DNA of 64,000 nucleotides from Bacilli bacterium (GTDB lineage: Bacteria > Bacillota_I > Bacilli_A > RF39 > UBA660), in contig JAZQBG010000003.1 of the NCBI GenBank assembly GCA_045545595.1, forward strand, positions 91,462-155,461. The letters run 5' to 3'. Shown here piece after piece: positions 60,600 to 64,000 of the stretch. Both the position numbers and the translations under genes were made by a program. Each line of letters begins with the position of its first letter. Within the stretch, counting starts at the first letter, position 1. A model generated the notes under the pieces. The model made no database searches. It had not been told where the DNA came from and saw only the letters and a program-made list of their open reading frames with translations.

Positions 60600-60948
60600 A
60601 TTCTTCGTTTTCCTTTTCTATATTGTTTTTAGTGTTTTCTTTCATTTCTTTCCATATATCATCTTGGTCGATAAAATCTCCTCTTGAAATAAATTCAGCA
60701 CAAATTCTTCGATAATCTTCTTCACTATTAGGACGATAATAATTTAATAATTGTCCGTAATATGGAGACCTACTATAAATATATATTGTGCTATTGTCAG
60801 GCGATACATAACCACCTTCTATTGGTACATCTCTCCATCCTTTTTTTTTTACTTTTTCTATATAAGCTATGCTTATTTTTTCGTATTCTTCTAATGTTAT
60901 TTTGTTATTACATAAGTCTTTATACTCTTTTAAACAAACTCTTCCCAT
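60589..60948 (-). CDS. hypothetical protein on mobile element
   Basis: 119 aa, overlaps the downstream gene. Confidence 0.4.
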   Translation of the reverse strand: MGRVCLKEYKDLCNNKITLEEYEKISIAYIEKVKKKGWRDVPIEGGYVSPDNSTIYIYSRSPYYGQLLNYYRPNSEEDYRRICAEFISRGDFIDQDDIWKEMKENTKNNIEKENEEYER

Positions 60949-60964
60949 AAATATATTCCTCCAT

Positions 60965-62500
60965 CTATTTTGATTTATAATATTCGCTTATCTTTTGTTT
61001 TTCTTCTTTTGATACTTTTTCTAATTCTTCACCACGAATTCTTTGAACAACTTCATTCTTGTCATTATATAAATTATATTCTTTATCATCTATCAAATAG
61101 ATAACACCTCTATTATCAAAACTAAACCATGCAACATTATCTTTAGGAACATAAATATATAATTCGCTATAAGGAACTCTTATACAGTATTCTTTATCTG
61201 TCGTTCTATTCACATCTATCATTTTTTTAGAAAATGAAACACTTTTTATATATCCTTTTGAATTTTCAATTGATGCGCCTTTTATTTTTTCTAATTCATT
61301 AACCTGCTTTTTTAAATAATTTAAATAAGCATATTGTCTATTTGCTTCGATTTTAGTTTTGTTTGCTGATGCAATTATATCTTTAACTTCATCTACATTA
61401 GATACCTGCAATTCCTTTTGTGTATCTAAAAATATTTTTACTTCATCACTTAACTCAATATCATCTTTTACTATTTCCTTCTGCTCTAAATATCTTTCAT
61501 AATAATCTAAATATTTTAAATATAATTCACATAATGGTACTCTAAGTTGAAGCGTTTCATTTTGTGATTGTAGATCGATAAAAATTTTTTCTTTTGAAAT
61601 AATTTCTTGTGATAATTCATTAATTTTATTTTGTAGATCTTCATAACTAAAAATATTATTATCATTAAGAAAATTTATTGTATCCACTATCTTATTAAAC
61701 CTTTTAACTTCTAAAAATCTTGAATTATAATATTTAGGATAAGAAACTTTAACATCTAAACTTTTCATACTTAATAATATTGATTGTTTTGATATATCCG
61801 CTAACATACTTTGAATATTTAATAATTCACTAGAATTATTTTTAATCTTATAACTTTGAAATGCAAATGCCTTTTGATTACTTCTTTTATCATAGAAAAA
61901 TTGTTTTAAATTTTCTTCAGAATAATCCTCTCCTAATACTTTCATAGTTACATAATTTTCTTTTCCTAACGGTTTGACTTTTATATGTTTCCCATCTTTA
62001 ATTTGATAACCTTCCATTAGAAATCTCTCTAAAAGTTCTTCAAAAGAAAAACATTCTTCTTTTAATGATTCTATCATTTCAATAATTTGTTTTTTCCAAG
62101 ATTTATTTGCTGTTGCATATAAATATTTATTTTTATGAAATCTACTTATTTTAGGAGCATCTTCTATTATTTTTAATCCATGTTCTAAAGCAATCTCATC
62201 ACTTACATCTCTTAGTCCATACAAACCTTCTTTGGGATTAGCAAGTCTATCTTCTAACTTTTTACCATTCATATCTACCGCATTAACAACAAAATGATTA
62301 TGCAAATGTCCTTGATCGATATGAGTTGTTACTAATACTTGATAACTAGGATATAGTCTTTTCATTAATTCTATTCCCATCTGATGAACTTCTTCAGCTG
62401 TTAAATCTTTTTCTTTCGGATCAAAACTTTGATAGCCATGATAACAAGTTCTACTTTCCTTTTCCTCGTTAATATGAAATTTATCATTATTTAATTTCAT
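60965..62500 (-). CDS. MobA/MobL-type relaxase (mobilisation nuclease)
   Basis: 'HIDQGHLHNHFVVNAV' HxDxxxHxH motif. The reading frame stays open upstream to 62643 and encodes relaxase-like N-terminal residues, with no ATG/GTG/TTG start. Confidence 0.8.
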   Translation of the reverse strand: MKLNNDKFHINEEKESRTCYHGYQSFDPKEKDLTAEEVHQMGIELMKRLYPSYQVLVTTHIDQGHLHNHFVVNAVDMNGKKLEDRLANPKEGLYGLRDVSDEIALEHGLKIIEDAPKISRFHKNKYLYATANKSWKKQIIEMIESLKEECFSFEELLERFLMEGYQIKDGKHIKVKPLGKENYVTMKVLGEDYSEENLKQFFYDKRSNQKAFAFQSYKIKNNSSELLNIQSMLADISKQSILLSMKSLDVKVSYPKYYNSRFLEVKRFNKIVDTINFLNDNNIFSYEDLQNKINELSQEIISKEKIFIDLQSQNETLQLRVPLCELYLKYLDYYERYLEQKEIVKDDIELSDEVKIFLDTQKELQVSNVDEVKDIIASANKTKIEANRQYAYLNYLKKQVNELEKIKGASIENSKGYIKSVSFSKKMIDVNRTTDKEYCIRVPYSELYIYVPKDNVAWFSFDNRGVIYLIDDKEYNLYNDKNEVVQRIRGEELEKVSKEEKQKISEYYKSK

Positions 62501-62643
62501 TTCATAAGATGCAAATTCAGAGGAACAATTAATTCCTGTGATTAAAGTTCCTCCATCAGTTTTCTTTGCATCTTTTATATAATTAATACAATCATTTCTT
62601 CCTTGAACTCCGTGTACTGCCCAACGTGCTGTTGTAGGAATGT

Positions 62644-63429
62644 TTATCCCTCCTTTAATTGTAGTTCATCTTTTGTATTACAACTATATAATTTCAATTT
62701 GTTATTTTGATTAACTTTTTCTTTATATTTATTTATGCTTTCTTCTTTCTCTTTGAAGTAATCAGCCAAATAGATATTCAATTCATTATTATTAGAACTA
62801 AAAAATAAATAACACTTTTCTCTTAATGCTTTTTCTCGTTGTAAATTTATAATTGTAATTGCACTTGTTTCTTCTAATGTTTTTATATCTAATGTTTCTG
62901 AATTATCTAAACTAACTAATAAAAAACCTTCTTTTGAATTTTTGATTCCCAATGTGCTCGGTAGAACAATAACAAACTTTTTATTAGATACATATTCTAA
63001 AAATTTTTTTGTTATTTTATTTTTTTCAACTAATCTTAATCTCTTTTGAAATTTAGGAACAGAGTTTGATGATAACTTTGTTATAAGTTCTTTTGATAAC
63101 CTTTCAATAGCGTCAATAATTTTTACATTATCCTGTCTTAATATTTCAATATTTTCTTTTGATAAAGTTATATTTTTAGACATATCAGTTTGTTTTTTTA
63201 ATATATCTTTTACAATTAGAATAAATTCACTAACAATTTTACAAACATCTTGTTTTCCAGATAAATCTTCTACATATAACTTTTCATAAATACATGCATC
63301 CCTGACATACTCTGCAAGACAATCGCCATATCCATATTCTCGTGCCTTATCACTGATTATTTTTCTTTCTTCAGGAGTTACTAAAATATTTATTTTTTCT
63401 CTACGCTTTTTGTTAGTGTTGTTTGTCAT
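62644..63429 (-). CDS. MobC-like relaxosome accessory protein (ribbon-helix-helix)
   Basis: N-terminal 'RREKINILVTPEERKIISDKAREYGYGDCLAEYVRDACI' RHH pattern typical of MobC. Confidence 0.55.
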   Translation of the reverse strand: MTNNTNKKRREKINILVTPEERKIISDKAREYGYGDCLAEYVRDACIYEKLYVEDLSGKQDVCKIVSEFILIVKDILKKQTDMSKNITLSKENIEILRQDNVKIIDAIERLSKELITKLSSNSVPKFQKRLRLVEKNKITKKFLEYVSNKKFVIVLPSTLGIKNSKEGFLLVSLDNSETLDIKTLEETSAITIINLQREKALREKCYLFFSSNNNELNIYLADYFKEKEESINKYKEKVNQNNKLKLYSCNTKDELQLKEG

Positions 63430-63994
63430 ATTGAATCTCTAACTTTCTTTTTAAATCTTCTAAATATTTTAAATAAGATTTACGATAATATTTTTCATTT
63501 ATATATTTAACTCCTTCAGCTTTAATAAAAATAATTCCGTCTTCAACATATTTTAAATTTTTCTTATAACGCTCTCCCATTTTTGAAATAGCCATATCAA
63601 TACTTTTTAAATTTTTATTAAAAAATTCCATCATTTCTTTTTTGCTCATATCACTATAATCAATTTCATTATGTGGAATATTTAACGCATCTTCTAATTT
63701 TCTTATCAATCTCTCATAAAAATCTATTTCCAAATCTAAATAGTATTTATCTTTCCTTAAATATACTTCTTTGATCCACTCTACAAATTCAAGACTACAA
63801 TACTCTGTTCTTTGATTATTATTCGGTTCTCTTACATAAATCCAATTTTCTGCGGGATGTCGCTGTTGCATCTTTTGAATTATTCTGTCAAGTTGTTTCG
63901 TTGTTAAATTTAATTCTTTTTCTACATACCATCTATCTTGAAATTTTTTACTCACTTTTATCTCCTTTCTTTCATCAAAATTAGAACATACCAA
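63413..63994 (-). CDS. hypothetical protein on mobile element
   Basis: 193 aa. Confidence 0.4.
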   Translation of the reverse strand: MVCSNFDERKEIKVSKKFQDRWYVEKELNLTTKQLDRIIQKMQQRHPAENWIYVREPNNNQRTEYCSLEFVEWIKEVYLRKDKYYLDLEIDFYERLIRKLEDALNIPHNEIDYSDMSKKEMMEFFNKNLKSIDMAISKMGERYKKNLKYVEDGIIFIKAEGVKYINEKYYRKSYLKYLEDLKRKLEIQYDKQH

Positions 63995-64000
63995 TTGGTA

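Larger units (their letters stand above)
57167..64000 (-). mobile_element. integrated mobilisable element (partial; continues beyond window end)
   Basis: Serine recombinase at the left edge, then a small ORF, sortase, two hypothetical proteins, relaxase, MobC-like and a further ORF, all co-oriented. Right end not in the window. Confidence 0.5.

Overview
The window is a 64 kb chromosomal segment from a very AT-rich, low-GC Firmicute (by eye roughly 70% or more A+T). Almost all genes are on the minus strand. SpoVS, a GerE-like regulator and a probable sigma-K promoter indicate a spore-former. RecU-PBP1A and DnaD-Nth synteny, PolC and RNase Y fit a Bacilli- or Erysipelotrichia-like lineage. The housekeeping backbone is ftsW/rodA-family, pgsA-like, trxA, cvpA, rnhC, tRNA-Leu(UAG) plus tRNA-Arg(UCU), a P-type ATPase, recG, rpsU, ogg-like, lexA, rny, recU, ponA, nth, dnaD, sod, polC, pyk, corA, a T-box leader with serS, spoVS and uvrC. 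Three accessory blocks interrupt it.
(1) 13.1-21.2 kb, a defense island. It holds a complete DpnII-type GATC restriction-modification cassette (DpnM-, DpnA- and DpnB-like). A 951-aa internally repetitive protein follows dpnB after only 24 nt and carries two R-x4-H (HEPN-like) motifs, R170/H175 and R880/H885. I read this as a candidate undescribed R-M-linked HEPN RNase effector and rank it first. Next to it is a separately transcribed 386-aa unknown gene whose upstream region carries two palindromic operator-like sites and direct repeats.
(2) 24.1-27.2 kb, a class IIb-like two-peptide bacteriocin operon. A C39-peptidase ABC exporter and a short accessory protein are followed by two unannotated double-glycine-leader peptides and a small immunity-like membrane protein.
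(3) 51.4-64 kb, a tandem duplication and a mobile element. An ORF6N/KilA-N-domain gene and its promoter are duplicated in tandem around an SDR gene, and one copy is frameshifted at homopolymers. An integrated mobilisable element then runs off the window end, with a large serine recombinase, a sortase B-like protein, a relaxase and a MobC-like protein.
Smaller items: a candidate yybP-ykoY-like Mn2+ riboswitch before the P-type ATPase; an SOS-box-controlled pair of overlapping small ORFs divergent from lexA (39-aa TM peptide plus 58-aa protein); RNase HIII with an inserted zinc ribbon; a candidate sRNA between recG and rpsU; and a recurring TCAGGGGG motif in three terminator-like intergenic sites.
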